A stretch of 64,000 bases of DNA from Octopus vulgaris (GCA_951406725.2 OX597833.1:49538001-49602000), one strand, 5' to 3'. Shown: positions 1 to 12,678, numbered from the stretch's first letter. Notes: generated by a model not told the origin, from the sequence alone. Made by a program: numbers and translations.

Positions 1-270
1 ACTATCAGTAAGGAATCAATAAATACCACTGGAAACAGCTGTAAGGCAAATTTACTAAAATAAAGAAAAATATGCAATGACCATTATTTATACCTTGTCT
101 TGTATATCACTCTCTTTCAAAACCAGTATAACTGGAGCACAACCATGGATTTACAATATACAATGGTGATGGCCTATAACCTCGGAACCTGCCGCAAGAG
201 TACGTGGAGATTTTTACTAATCTAAACGAATTTGCTTGTCTGGCGAACTAACAGAGAGCTGTTATATATA

Positions 271-490
271 TAAAGTGTCTCACAAAAGTATGTACACTCC
301 TAAAAATTTCAGTAAAATTTCCAGTATTCTCATACTATAGAAGGAAATCAAACGAAATTTATACTGACTAAAATATATTATACATTCAAATATTATACAA
401 ATTTGGAATACAAAACAATAAACATTTTCAAAGATATGAACGAAATATTAATTTTCAAGCGTTATAAAAATATGTATACCCTAAAGGAGA
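271..490. mobile_element. Possible Tc1/mariner-like terminal fragment
   Basis: After a TA run, (c/a)agtgtctcacaaaagtatgtacactcc resembles Tc1-type TIR starts, with a weaker second copy near 457-483. No partner TIR or transposase seen. Confidence 0.25.
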
Positions 491-806
491 TTTGCTATAT
501 TTAATATTTTGTCCATTTTTTTGCTTTTTTTATTACTAAATTCAGATATTGCTGATAATTTCAATTCTAATAAATTATTTCTTCTGGCATTTTTGCACCG
601 GTCATTGTTATTTGCATCTGCAGGAATTCTGATTTGTGTACCGTGGTGAAAATCTCCTTCATTGTGATTTAAATGGCGCCAAAAGGAAAAGAATTGTCTA
701 AAGAAACCCAGTTTTCTATATCTGAGGCGATGTATTTTCGCCCGGACTGCGAGTATACGTATTGAAAAGGCTTCAAAGGGTGGAAATGCACCTGACACTC
801 ACTAGC

Positions 807-844
<38 letters not shown>

Positions 845-846
<2 letters not shown>

Positions 847-1415
847 AAGAACAAATCCGCCACCCACAATACAGATAGATACAGGTCAGTGAACACATAG
901 AAAGGTCTACTAGAAACCTTAATCCTAATTTCCTAATTAAAGAGGCAACTTTCATCAATAAATATCTTCCACCACTCAGTGTGTAGACATAACTTAATAC
1001 AGAACACTACCAACCTTTCAATTAATACCACTAAACCCCCATAGATCCCATACACCATTCACATTACAGATTTATATCTACCCTAATTGCACCAAATGCA
1101 GAACTACCTACCTCCCTTACACATTTTCTTTTTACTCAGGGTCTAGTAGACCCGACACCGTCCAGTAATCGGTGCGCATTCAAAGCAGTGATCAATAATT
1201 TTACGAAACCGGTATGCCTTTGAATCTCTTTAACAATTCACAATAATGATTTTTATTATTTTTATTCCTACCTCAATTCATCTAATTGTATATATGTATC
1301 GTTCCTTTTCATAAAAAGCCTTTACTTTTTTGATTTCCAGTGTGCATTTTCGCTTATTTTTCTTCTTACTTTCCCCTTACATTTCCACGAATATTTTCTA
1401 TTTTCTTTTTGTAAC
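845..1415 (+). mobile_element. Penelope-like terminal-repeat remnant between (TA)n tracts
   Basis: Bounded by (TA)n on both sides. Carries a hammerhead-like motif (1178-1225) followed by a T-rich tail, the same layout as the 3' end of the 6399-9732 element. Confidence 0.45.
1178..1225 (+). ncRNA. Minimal type I hammerhead ribozyme-like motif, G3-C8 core variant
   Basis: attcaaagca-GTGATCA-ataattttac-GAAA-ccgg-TA-tgcctttgaat: stem I pairs with one bulge, stem III is the palindrome accggt, stem II is weak. Confidence 0.55.
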
Positions 1416-1437
1416 ATATATATATATATATATATAT

Positions 1438-1841
1438 ACTCTTTTACTTGTTTCAGTCATTTGATTGCGGCCATGCTGGAGCACCACCTTTTAGTCGAGC
1501 AACTCGACCCCGGGACTTATTCTTTTTGTAAGCCCAGTACTTATTCTATTGGTCTCTTTTTGCCGAACCGCTAAGTGACGGGGACGTAAACACACCAGCA
1601 TCAGTTGTCAAGCAATGCTAGGGGAACAAACACAGACACACAAACATATACACACACATACATATATATATACATATATACGACAGGCTTCTTTCAGTTT
1701 CCGTCTACCAAATCCACTCACAAGGCATTGGTCGGCCCGGGGCTATAGCAGAAGACACTCGCCCAAGATGCCACGCAGTGGGATTGAACCCGGAACCATG
1801 TGGTTGGTTAGCAAGCTACTTACCACACAGCCACTCCTGCG

Positions 1842-1844
<3 letters not shown>
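1438..1844 (-). mobile_element. tRNA-derived SINE, family A
   Basis: Head aggcgcaggagtggctgtgtggtaag with B-box-like gggttcaatccc, internal TA/CA tract, tail ggtgctccagcatggccgcaatcaaatgactgaaacaagtaaaagag. More than 10 copies in the window. Confidence 0.9.
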
Positions 1845-1901
<57 letters not shown>

Positions 1902-3040
1902 TATATGAATATATACATGCACATACACACACATGCACACACTTATATTGCAGTATAACCCTTGAAAGGAACATAAATTGAAAAGACGACGTTTTAATTT
2001 TGTGTCCTTGAATATAATACTTGGTATATACTTTCTATTCGGTCCTAACTCTTTGGGTATATATAAAAGTCTAATAAACATTTTATTAGCACAGATTTCT
2101 CAATCAAAGAAATTCGATTTTCAATGACTATTAAGCGAGGTAGGTTCTAAATTCTTCTTTCTTTCTTTCCAGACCTTCTCGGTGAAAATAAACATCTAAA
2201 CACCGTTTGTTTGTAATGAGATACTACATGTTAATAATACTGCTTGTAATCACAAGAACTGCCATGCGAAGTACAGAATATCCAAGGCATTCAGCTACCT
2301 TTTAAACATCCGCTTTGATCTAAATGAAGAAAGAAATTATTATGTTTATATAGTTATTTGATTATATTTTGGCATGAAAATATGGTCATGAAAAGAATGT
2401 TATTTTTCTGATGTGGTCTTCAAAGATAACTAGAAACAGCGTCGTTTATAGCGGCTGTGATTCCATCCTAATTTACTTCAGTTTAAGGCTTGCAATTGCG
2501 TCAAGGCTCATCAAGGGAGAAGAATATATATCTTAGTTTAGATCAGAGAAAGCATATTTCTTTTACCTCCCGGGGATAGCTTTTCTTTCGCTTCTCACCC
2601 AACTATTCGTTATTCTATTAATTTCAAAAATATATCACGATTAATTGCAATTTTTCAAGCTGAAATTAAAGATTCGCATTTAGCACCACTGGATGAATCT
2701 GCGACATAAAGCAAGTTAATATATTTCTTTCTGCCAATTACTGTTGCTATAAATATGTCATGGCACTCTAACTGCTCAATGATTGGAATTCTATAGATAA
2801 GAAACTAAGTTAATTATATCGGTGTAAGAATCTAGCTGTTGCCCGTGTGAGTCCGTCTGTAGAAATAGTAACTTATACTTTATTATAGGCCTTTTGTCCC
2901 TGCTACAATATCAGAACACGCGTCATTCACTCATTTTCTGGAACACTATCAAAGGAATACATCTAACATTTTTGATTAGTGCTAATTTAAACTAGGTTTA
3001 TTTGGCTAGAGGAGGTTATATGATATAAATATAAAGGTAA

Positions 3041-3495
<455 letters not shown>

Positions 3496-4507
3496 GAAAG
3501 GAGACGACAATGAAGTAAAATCGTATCTTGATACACACAAGGATAATAATGGGCGCAGGAGAATAGGAGAAGGCAAAGCTTTCACCTCCTTTTTTTCCCC
3601 GTGAATGGACCATATTATTTTCGTCGTATACAATGAGATATTTTAAACACGAGTTAAACACGAACAAGAAATAAATCCAAATTTAATCTCATGCAAGCAT
3701 TGTGACACCATAGGAAAACGTTATATACTATGTATATTACCTTTAGTTGACTTTGAAATTCCCAGTATATTTATAACTTAAAAGAACAGAGTCTTGTTCT
3801 TTAACGTTACAAAGGTTGTGTGGACTTCAATTAAGGATTGAAAGCTTTTAGTTCTATGATGCTAAAGGAAATTGTGAGCATTTTAGAAAGCTAAAAATTA
3901 GTTTTATTTTATAGAACGAATATAAAGTTGACATGATTAGCTGCTATAATTAACTATAGTTTCTGGTATATTTACTGATCAGTCACCCAAACTTAGTTTG
4001 CATGCACCAATAATTTTCTTGCGTGCACAACGATGTCACACTACATAAATCTTTCAGATTTCGACAAGATTAAATTTAATTTTCTTGAAAATTAAATAAA
4101 AGAAAAAAAATCGTTAGTAAGCATTATTATTTTTTTTTTGCTGAATAGTGACCTTTGTAATAAGAAAGTATATTTTTTAATTAAAAATAGTAATTTAAAT
4201 TATCAATAACGAAACATAATAAGTCATAGAAGGAAAACACACACAAACTCACTCATTCACAAAAATGAGAATGAAACTAAAATGTCGATAAATTTAACTG
4301 ACATATAGTAATTAGTTTTTAAGTTTCTGTTCGATGAGTAAAGAGATTATAACCATTTGAATCTACGACTATACATGAATAGTAATCAGTAGGAAGGACG
4401 AAACAGGATTCAACTGCAGTAGGATTTGAACGTAAGACGTAGTGGAATGAAAGTAAGTACTGTATTACGCTTTGTTTCTTGCACCGATTTCCCTCGTTAA
4501 GGGAGAA

Positions 4508-4935
4508 GGATCTTTTCGGTTTGAACGGCAGTTTTTTCTAGCGGTGTCATATGAAATTGTCACCCATAATTATGACCCTAGTATCGATCTATTGCATTTC
4601 AATCTGTTTTATGGTTAGGGTTAGTTAGGGGTAGGGGTGGGGGGAAGGGTATCTTTTTTTCTTCACAAATATAAATAAACCCAATCTGTTTCTTAAACGA
4701 GGGACATATTCATACGGCACAGAATGTTTTCACCTAAAATAGACTTCATTGATTGGTTGAAATTGCAGAAATTGAAGAAAAACAACAACAAATATCTAAC
4801 AAGCTATAGAATTTTCTCAATAAAGCCAAGAGAAAAAGATGTTTTATAAACACATTCTACCAGTATACGAAGTTTAAAAGAGTTTAGTTACGTGGAAATT
4901 ATTTTAAAAAACTGCCGGTCAAACCGAAAAGATCC
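4508..4935. mobile_element. Non-autonomous TIR element (MITE) with internal TTAGGG-like repeats, copy 1
   Basis: About 29-bp TIRs ggatcttttcggtttgaacggcagttttt / aaaaactgccggtcaaaccgaaaagatcc. Second copy in opposite orientation at 26941-27396. Confidence 0.85.
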
Positions 4936-5004
4936 CGCTATTTATCTTTCATAATGGAAGAAAAACTGGATAGTGCCGTTTTAAGATTATTTATGAATGA
5001 AACA

Positions 5005-5607
5005 CTAGGATTCACTTCCCTAGCGTGGCTAGGGTGTGTGCCGCCCCGAGATCCCACAGAAAAAACAAAAGTGGTGCCCCATTAAAAGTACTATTTCAAC
5101 CCACCGCGTCACTTATAGGATATTTCCTTGTCACTTATAGGAAACTAGCAGTATCGCCCGGCGTTGCTCAGGTTTGTAAGGGAAATAACTATAAAGCATT
5201 TTTAGAGAGTTATAGCCAAAAAATAGCAAAAAAATGGAAAAAAAATGATGGTAAATTTTTTTTTGAGAGTTAAAACAGGTGGAGTTGCGTCCCCTAGACG
5301 GTCTGTGGTTTGGGTTTCTCATTCTCGACCCCATGTCGAATTTATCGATTTTTTTTCAGAACTGGGGGAACTTGAGGGTACGAGAAAACAGACACACAGA
5401 AACACGCACAGACAAACTGCCGTTTATATAGAGAGAGATTGAACTCCCTCATTTCGCAGTACCGATATGTCTTCCAAGAGACCGGACAAGACGAAATCAA
5501 ATCTGCATAGAAATGAGAGAGTTATCTCCAGTGATAATGTCGTTATGTGAGAGGCGATTGCAATGGAATTCCAATCACGAAATATCCGATAAATTATTAA
5601 GGAAAGA
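5005..5607 (-). mobile_element. Outer non-autonomous Helitron-like element, interrupted by a second one
   Basis: Minus-strand 3' end: hairpin ccctagc-cac-gctaggg (5018-5034), spacer, CTAG then T. Candidate 5' TC at 5607 (TCTTTCCTTAATAAT) is less certain. Confidence 0.5.
5145..5438 (-). mobile_element. Non-autonomous Helitron
   Basis: Minus strand reads A|TCTCTCTCTATATAAAC...cctgagcaacgccgggcgatactgCTAG|T: 5' TC, subterminal GC hairpin, 3' CTAG, inserted between A and T. 3' part shared with 28650-29045. Confidence 0.8.
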
Positions 5608-5720
5608 AAAAAAAATAGAGAAGTGAAAAATGTTCATGTGATGTTGCATAGTGTAGTGATTATTGGATTTGCTTGATGTGTTGGCAATCTTGAGTTCGAA
5701 ACACGTTGGAACTTAATCTT

Positions 5721-6095
5721 AGGCGCAGGTTTGGTTGTGTGGTTAAAAAGCTTGCTTTGCAACAACGCAATTTCGGGTTCAGTCCCATTCTACAGATCCT
5801 TAGGCAAGTCTTTTTTTTTTACTATTGTTTCGGACCGACCAACGCCTTGTGAGTGAATTTGATAGGTGGAAACAATGTGGAAGCCCATCGAATATGTGTG
5901 TGCGTGTGTGTGCCCGCACGTCTGTGTATGTGTCTATGTGTGTGTGCGTATTTGGCTTTGTCTTTGTGCTTGATCCCACTACTTAACAACGGATGCTGGT
6001 TGTCTACGTCCACGTAACTTACAGATTCTAAATATGAGCTTAGCCGAATAAGTATCAGAATAGGGAAACATAATTACTGGGGCCGACTTATCCGA
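5721..6095 (+). mobile_element. SINE family A, diverged copy
   Basis: aggcgcagg...tgtgtggttaa head, gggttcagtccc, gaccaacgccttgtgagtgaattt. Confidence 0.75.
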
Positions 6096-6126
6096 CTAAG
6101 CTCCTAAATGTATATATATATATATA

Positions 6127-6313
6127 TTCTCTCCTTTCTCTCTCTTCTTTTTTCTCTCCTTGTTTCTCTCCTTGTTTTTTCTGTGTCCGTTTCTGTAGAA
6201 GAGCGTAGGCTCGAAACGTAAAAGACCATTTCTATTCCTGAGCGTTATACTAATACATCTGTTTGTTTTGTACACCATCTGTCTTCGTCTATTGTTTTTC
6301 CGTAAACTCTCCC
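6127..6313 (+). mobile_element. Family F: about 190-bp (TA)n-embedded repeat with hammerhead-like motif
   Basis: Homologous to 13192-13378, 34590-34777 (minus) and 38258-38445. Motif ttt-CTGTAGA-a-gagc-gtag-gctc-GAAA-cg-TA-aaag at 6190-6224. Confidence 0.7.
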
Positions 6314-6398
<85 letters not shown>

Positions 6399-6405
<7 letters not shown>

Positions 6406-6908
6406 CTGGATATTGGAAAAATTTTTTTCCTTTCCTTAAAATGACATAATTTTAAAATTTTTAAAGAAATTACCGGTTTCGCGTGTAGCTTTTCAAATTT
6501 CTTGTGACGTTATGTTTATATTGCATAGGAGATTTCTAAATAAGGGGAGGTAGTGAGTGATTTTTTCCGGTGTAGGGGAGATAATCGCTTAAAAAATTTT
6601 TTTCCCATTTCCTTGTTAATTTCTCTGTGTCAGTATGTTCGGATGGTTGAGTCTGGGTTTGTACTTTCCAATGAAGAATGTTTCCTTGTTCAGTCTCATT
6701 TGTGTTGATGATCCGAAAGCACATTGGTAAAATGGGAAGATTAAAAATTGTGGCAGTAGTTGCTTTGCGCATTTCTCAATGTGCTCACTAAAAGGTATCA
6801 TTCTATATTCTGGGAATGCAATCTGTTGTCGATGCAGTGTGCATCTGCGCCTGAGTGATAGTCCCGTGGAACCCACGTAGTCTTGGTGGCAGCCCGAGCA
6901 TTTAATAA
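6399..6908 (-). repeat. Inverted copy of the Penelope 3' end (pseudo-LTR)
   Basis: ORF 6616-6915 repeats the GIY-YIG C-terminus with two amino-acid differences (H/Y, G/E). Lacks the 24 nt ggaaataaaaacaacgataattcc present at 9577-9600. Confidence 0.95.
6464..6503 (-). ncRNA. Minimal hammerhead-like motif (U3-A8 variant), inverted copy
   Basis: Exact reverse complement of 9624-9663. Confidence 0.6.
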
Positions 6909-7228
6909 TGCTCAAGCAACTATGTCAAGCAACATCCCACATACAACTATGTCAAGCAACTATGTCAAGCAACATCCCACATACAAGAAGTTCGAAACAA
7001 AAATATTCCCCATACAGAAATTTTACACACACCACAAGCATTAACAACCATAGATTCCCACACACACACAACGATCGGAGGCAACAATACCACCACTCCC
7101 CCGACCAAATACCACACAACCTCACAGACAACTCATACAAACAAAATTACACCCAACATTTTTTAGCCAGGGACCAGGGACACCAGGACACAGGCTGGAA
7201 CCTAGTAATAAGGAAAAACCGAAGATAA
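6908..7228 (+). CDS. 5'-truncated upstream ORF of the Penelope element (H/N/Q/T-rich), overlapping the RT frame
   Basis: Open frame containing QHFL over a T-TTT-TTA heptamer at 7159-7165. Its ATG lies at the inversion junction and may be fortuitous. Confidence 0.4.
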   Translation: MLKQLCQATSHIQLCQATMSSNIPHTRSSKQKYSPYRNFTHTTSINNHRFPHTHNDRRQQYHHSPDQIPHNLTDNSYKQNYTQHFLARDQGHQDTGWNLVIRKNRR

Positions 7229-9487
7229 TCAATCTTTCAACCAAACCTCTTTCTAACATAAAAATTGACATCCTCGCAAAAGGGCTCAAATTTACACCAA
7301 CTCCACGCAGAGCAAACCTAAATGAACTCAAGGATAATATAACAGAATTTTGCAGAAAATTAAGACTAGCAGAAGCATCAAACAGTTTCAATACTGAAGA
7401 TGAATCACTTGTCAAGAACAAAAGTGAACACATCCCACACAGAGGAAGAAATAAAGATCTTGACGAATTCTGTAACCACATTGAGAACTTCCCCTACCAT
7501 ACTATACATAAACAGAAAGCTAACCCAAATTTTAACAATACACAATGGAAAGAACTGATAGAACTCCAAAATGATGAAGATATAACCATTAAGGAAGCGG
7601 ACAAGGGAAATGCAGTTGTAATAATGGATACATCATACTACAGAAATCTTGTAATTTCCTTGCTTGATGAAGACCTACATTATGAAAAAATTACCAACTA
7701 CACCCCACAAAAAATAATGAAAACTCTATCTTCACTAATTAAAACCCATGAAAAGGAACTGACAACCAAAGAGATTGATTTCCTAACAAACTTTAAATGC
7801 AAACCTAGCCTTTTCTATGGTCTGCCAAAAATTCATAAAAGTCAAATTATAAATGAAACCATTAAAAAATCACCAAAGACATACATACACACACCTAATC
7901 CGGGGGACCTAAAACTACGACCCATTGTAGCTGGCCCAACCTGTGAAACACACAGACTAAGTCTACTTATGGACATCCTCTTGAAACCCTTCCTTAAACA
8001 TATCGATAGCCATATCAGAGATGACTTAGATATGTTAAACCACCTTCCAAAAAAAACCATGGAAGAAACAATCCTGGTTTCATTTGATGTAGTCAACTTG
8101 TATACCAGTATACCTCATAATTATGGACTGGAGGCAATACAATTCTGGTTAGACCAATTTCCGGAAGAAATACCAAAAAGGATCAGTAAGGAATTCATTA
8201 CTAAATCAATTGAATTCATCCTACACAATAACCACTTCATGTTTGACAATACATTTTACCGTCAAAAATCCGGAATTGCTATGGGTACAAGGGCAGCACC
8301 AGTCATTGCGAACTTAACAATGGGATACATGGAAATAATCATTTACCAGGAATCTCTATCAATCTTTGGAAACTCCTCTCTCAATACATAAAAGAGAATT
8401 GGAAACGATTCCTAGACGATTGTTTCATTCTCTGGAATGAAAACATAGATAAACTCCTAAAATTTAAAAACCTATTGAACAGCATAAACCCAAATATACA
8501 GTTCACAATGGAATACAACCAAAAGGAGCTCCCGTTCTTGGATATACTAATTAAAAAAATTAACCTTAAAATAGAAACAGACATTTTTTACAAAGCCACA
8601 GACGCCAAACAATACCTTCTTTTTAATTCATGCCACCCAAGACACACTAAAACAAACATCCCCTTCAACCTTGCAAGAAGGATATGCACAATAGTGTCAG
8701 AACAAAATACCAGGAACTTTAGACTGCAAGAACTCAAAAACACCCTAATTGACAGACATTACCCAGCTCAACTCATAGAGGATGGGATCAGACGTGCAAC
8801 AGAAATCAACATAGAAACTTTAAGAAAAGTTCAACACAACAACACACCTTCCCCGAAAATACTACCTTACATATCTACATACAACCCCAGAAACAAAGAA
8901 GCCTTCACCATCATCACCCAGAATTTACCAATACTTCATAAAAACCCAAAATTAAAGGAAATTCTAAACATACACCAAATCATTAAAAGCTACAAACAGC
9001 CTAAATCACTTAAAAGATTCTCACAAAGGCAAAATTGTCTTCTAAAATTACGGATGCAAAAGTAAAAAAATGTGGTAGATCGAACTGTGCAACATGTCCT
9101 AACCTATTGGAAGGATCAGAATTCTTCTTTAAAGAGGGACAGAAATTTAAGATCAAATCTAACTTTACTTGTGCCTCTGAAAACATAATTTATGTTATTA
9201 AATGCTCGGGCTGCTACCAAGACTACGTGGGTTCCACGGGACTATCACTCAGGCGCAGATGCACACTGCATCGACAACAGATTGCATTCCCAGAATATAG
9301 AATGATACCTTTTAGTGAGCACATTGAGAAATGCGCAAAGCAACTACTGCCACAATTTTTAATCTTCCCATTTTACCAATGTGCTTTCGGATCATCAACA
9401 CAAATGAGACTGAACAAGGAAACATTCTTCATTGAAAAGTACAAACCCAGACTCAACCATCCGAACATACTGACACAGAGAAATTAA
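7054..9487 (+). pseudogene. Penelope-like reverse transcriptase / GIY-YIG endonuclease, two frameshifts
   Basis: Frame open from 7054: IINLS..L.KGLKFTPTP, IKEADKGNAVVIMD, FYGLPKIHK, LRPIVAG, LVSFDVVNLYTSIP, GIAMGTRAAP. Shift near 8380, then WKRFLDDCF (8400-8426), LPFLDI, SCHPRH. Shift near 9015, then CGRSNCATC..FTCASENIIYVIKCSGC..YVGST..RRRCTLH..LN. Confidence 0.95.
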
Positions 9488-9623
9488 CAAGGAAATGGGA
9501 AAAAAATTTTTTAAGCGATTATCTCCCCTACACCGGAAAAAATCACTCACTACCTCCCCTTATTTAGAAATCTCCTGGAAATAAAAACAACGATAATTCC
9601 ATGCAATATAAACATAACGTCAC

Positions 9624-9663
9624 AAGAAATTTGAAAAGCTACACGCGAAACCGGTAATTTCTT
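9624..9663 (+). ncRNA. Minimal type I hammerhead-like motif in Penelope 3' repeat, U3-A8 core variant
   Basis: aagaaat-TTGAAAA-gc-tacac-gc-GAAA-ccgg-TA-atttctt: perfect 7-bp stem I, 2-bp stem II, palindromic stem III. Penelope-like elements are known to carry minimal hammerheads in their terminal repeats. Confidence 0.65.
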
Positions 9664-9796
9664 TAAAAATTTTAAAATTATGTCATTTTAAGGAAAGGAA
9701 AAAAAATTTTTCCAATATTCTCCAGACATTTTGACACAAATATATATATTTTTTAACATTTAAGCCTTCTGTCGTTTTTTCACACTTTACTATTTT

Positions 9797-9849
<53 letters not shown>

Positions 9850-9868
9850 CATACATACAAACACACAC

Positions 9869-9903
<35 letters not shown>

Positions 9904-10159
9904 GTATGCATGTATGCATTTCTATATCAATGCACTAAGAGAAATTGTGTGATGTCGTGGTTAGTTGAAGGCAGACGAGAAGAGAAAGAAGAGAGAGCAA
10001 GACAAAAAAGAGATAGAAAGAGCGCGGGAGTTGGTAAGCGGTAAGGACTAAGAGGAAAGGATTGCTATTATAGTATGCGGTTGAAGGAAGAAGTGGAGAG
10101 AAAGAGAGAGGCGAGGTGATATATGAGATGTGGTATTGTTGAAAGAAAGAAGGGGAGAA

Positions 10160-10209
<50 letters not shown>

Positions 10210-10487
10210 TGTTTACTGAAAGAAGCAGCAAAAGGCGTTAATTTTTCTTATGTTTTGTTTTTAATTTTTATATCACACATCAATTAACGCATGCGCTTTA
10301 GTGAATTAACTAACGTCTGCTCATTTAGAACTCATGAAATATGGCCAGTAACAGCCAACATAAAACGTCTTAACAATTTTCAGAATAAATGTGGAATTTC
10401 CTCAGTGTACTAGTTGGGAAACATTATCGGTAATAATGCTTTATATGTTATCGGTAGTAATGCTTTATATGATATTTTATATAAATT

Positions 10488-10900
10488 TCTTTGTGGCCTA
10501 CAAGGGGCTAAACACAGAGGGGACAAACAAGGACAGACAAACGGATCAAGTCGATTACATCGACCCCAGTGCGCAACTGGTACTTAATTTATCGACCTCG
10601 AAAGGATGAAAGGCAAAGTCGACCTCGGCGGACTTTGAACTCAGAACGTAACGGCAGACGAAATACCTATTTCTTTACTACCCACAAGGAGCTAAACACA
10701 GAGAGGACAAACAAGGACAGACAAAGGGATTAAGTCGATTATATCGAACTCAGTGCGTAACTGGTACTTAATTTATCGACCCTGAAAGGATGGAAGGCAA
10801 AGTCGACATCAGCGGAATTTGAACTCAGAACGTAACGGCAGACGAAATACCGCTAAGCATTTCGCCCGGCTTGCTAACGTTTCTGCCAACACGCCGCCTT
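10488..10900 (-). mobile_element. SINE family B (Nin/Deu-like core), tandem dimer
   Basis: Head aaggcggcgtgttggcagaaacgttagc, B-box-like gagttcaaattcc, core ctttcatcctttcggggtcgataaattaagtaccagtt; two roughly 180-bp units. Confidence 0.85.
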
Positions 10901-11932
10901 ACGATATATTATATAATATACACGCAGTTCATGTCGTTGTTATGGAATAAAGCATTAATACCAATTACATTTTCTACGTTCCTGATATATATATATATCG
11001 TTATGTATATACACATGTATATCGTTATGTATATACACATACATATTTATATGTATGCAGACACACACTCACACACGCACCCACACACATTATGATTTCA
11101 AGAGTCACCATACTAGTCTTCAGAAACACGAATTAAACATTTCTAGAGACAAACATTACTGTAAAAGATATATAACCTACCTTATCAATATAATTCAACT
11201 CATATGTTATTATATCCAGTAGAACATTGTACATAATTTAAATTACCTCCTTTTTACTTAAGAGATATTGAACTCTGCAGTCATAGAGAAATTAGACGAT
11301 AAACATACACAGATATGAAACTATCGCTGATACGTCTCGAGTGTTTTAAAAACTGTTACAGAATCGTATATAACATAAGATATTAATTTATAAGTTCGAA
11401 AGTGATATCAACAGCAATAAGTAGATACCATATAAGTGAGTAGTCATGTCTACTTATTGCAATTAATAGGTACAAGTAATGGTATCTATTACTTGTTTCT
11501 TAACATTCTACTTAAACCAAAAAAAAATTATTTTAAACCTTACAATTTCAGCAGCTACTTCATCACGAAATTAGTTTTGGCTTCCGATTATATTTCCATT
11601 TCTGTGAGATTCTTTATAAATATGAAATCACCTAAGTATTTAAATAGCAGCTTCATTTATCGAAACCGGGAAATATGGAAAGCAAATCTGAACTCGGAAC
11701 GTAAAAGGCCGTAGTTAAATACGCCAGGTATTTTTTCAAACGTTCTAACATCCTCTTCCAAGCAGCATTTGATTCATTTAAATAACATTAAACCAACTAG
11801 TTTATGGAACCTGATTCGTGTTCGATGTATTGATTCAAAATATTGGTTTCAAATTTTTCAAATTTTGACACTTAGTCGAGGGAGGAAGCAAGTCGTTTAC
11901 ATCAGTTCCAGTGCTTAATTGGTACTTATAGA

Positions 11933-12170
11933 TTGGCATATTTTGGTCATATTATGAGGAGAAAATCCCTGGAGAAGGATATCATGCTCGGAATGGTCAG
12001 TGGCAAGAGAGGAGAGGCCGACCAAGAACCCGCTGGCTTGACACCATCAAGAGTGATACCGGAATGGACATAGCCAGTCTGAAAGAAGTGGCCCAGGATA
12101 GATGGGTCTGGAGGACACTGATCCATGGGGTAACCGAGAGTTGACTTCGACTGAGCGGATAGATAGATAG
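11933..12170 (+). pseudogene. RTE-clade LINE 3' end
   Basis: Translates LAYFGHIMRRKSLEKDIMLGMVSGKR / RGRPRTRWLDTIKSD..LKEVAQDR.VWR.LIHGVTES, followed by a (GATA) tail. Confidence 0.85.
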
Positions 12171-12274
12171 GAAGTCCAATGATAGACTTAGTTATATTAA
12201 TGTAGTTGTACAGTTTTCCTCTTCTTTTTCTTTGATCTTGTTATCACCGGGACATGGTATCTCTCTTTCTCCCT

Positions 12275-12678
12275 TTTTTACTTGTTTCAGTCATTTGACT
12301 GCGGCCATGCTGGAGCACCGCCTTTAATCGAGCAACTCGACCCCGGGACTTATTCTTTTGTAAGCCCTGTACTTATTCTATCGGTCTCTTTTGCCGAACC
12401 GTTAAGTGAGGGGGACATAAACACACCAGCATCGGTTGTCAAGCAATGCTAGGGGACAAACACAGACACATAAACATACACGTACACATATATACATATA
12501 TACATACATATATACGACAGGCTTCTTTCAGTTTCCGTCTACCAAATCCACTCACAAGGCTTTGGTCGACCCGAGGCTATAGTAGAAAACACTTGCCCAA
12601 GATGCCACGCAGTGGGACTGAACCCGGGACTATGTGGTTGGTAAGCAAGCTACTTACCACTCAGCCACTCCTGCGCCT
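12275..12678 (-). mobile_element. SINE family A
   Basis: Full-length match to 1438-1844. Confidence 0.9.

Larger units (their letters stand above)
6399..9732 (+). mobile_element. Penelope-like retroelement (Neptune-type layout) with inverted terminal duplication, inserted in (TA)n
   Basis: RT plus Cys-rich linker plus C-terminal GIY-YIG. 6399-6908 is a near-identical reverse complement of 9195-9732. (TA)n on both flanks. Confidence 0.95.

Noticed and set aside
127-199. Possible host exon between ccag and gtacgt (YNWSTTMDLQYTMVMAYNLGTCRK)
   Set aside because: No recognisable protein motif and no supporting neighbouring exons; such splice-like pairs occur by chance.
481-815. ORF 481-798 and a possible Helitron 3' end (gggtg..cacct..ctag at 778-814)
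   Set aside because: ORF has no known motif; the hairpin is weak and CTAG is not followed by T.
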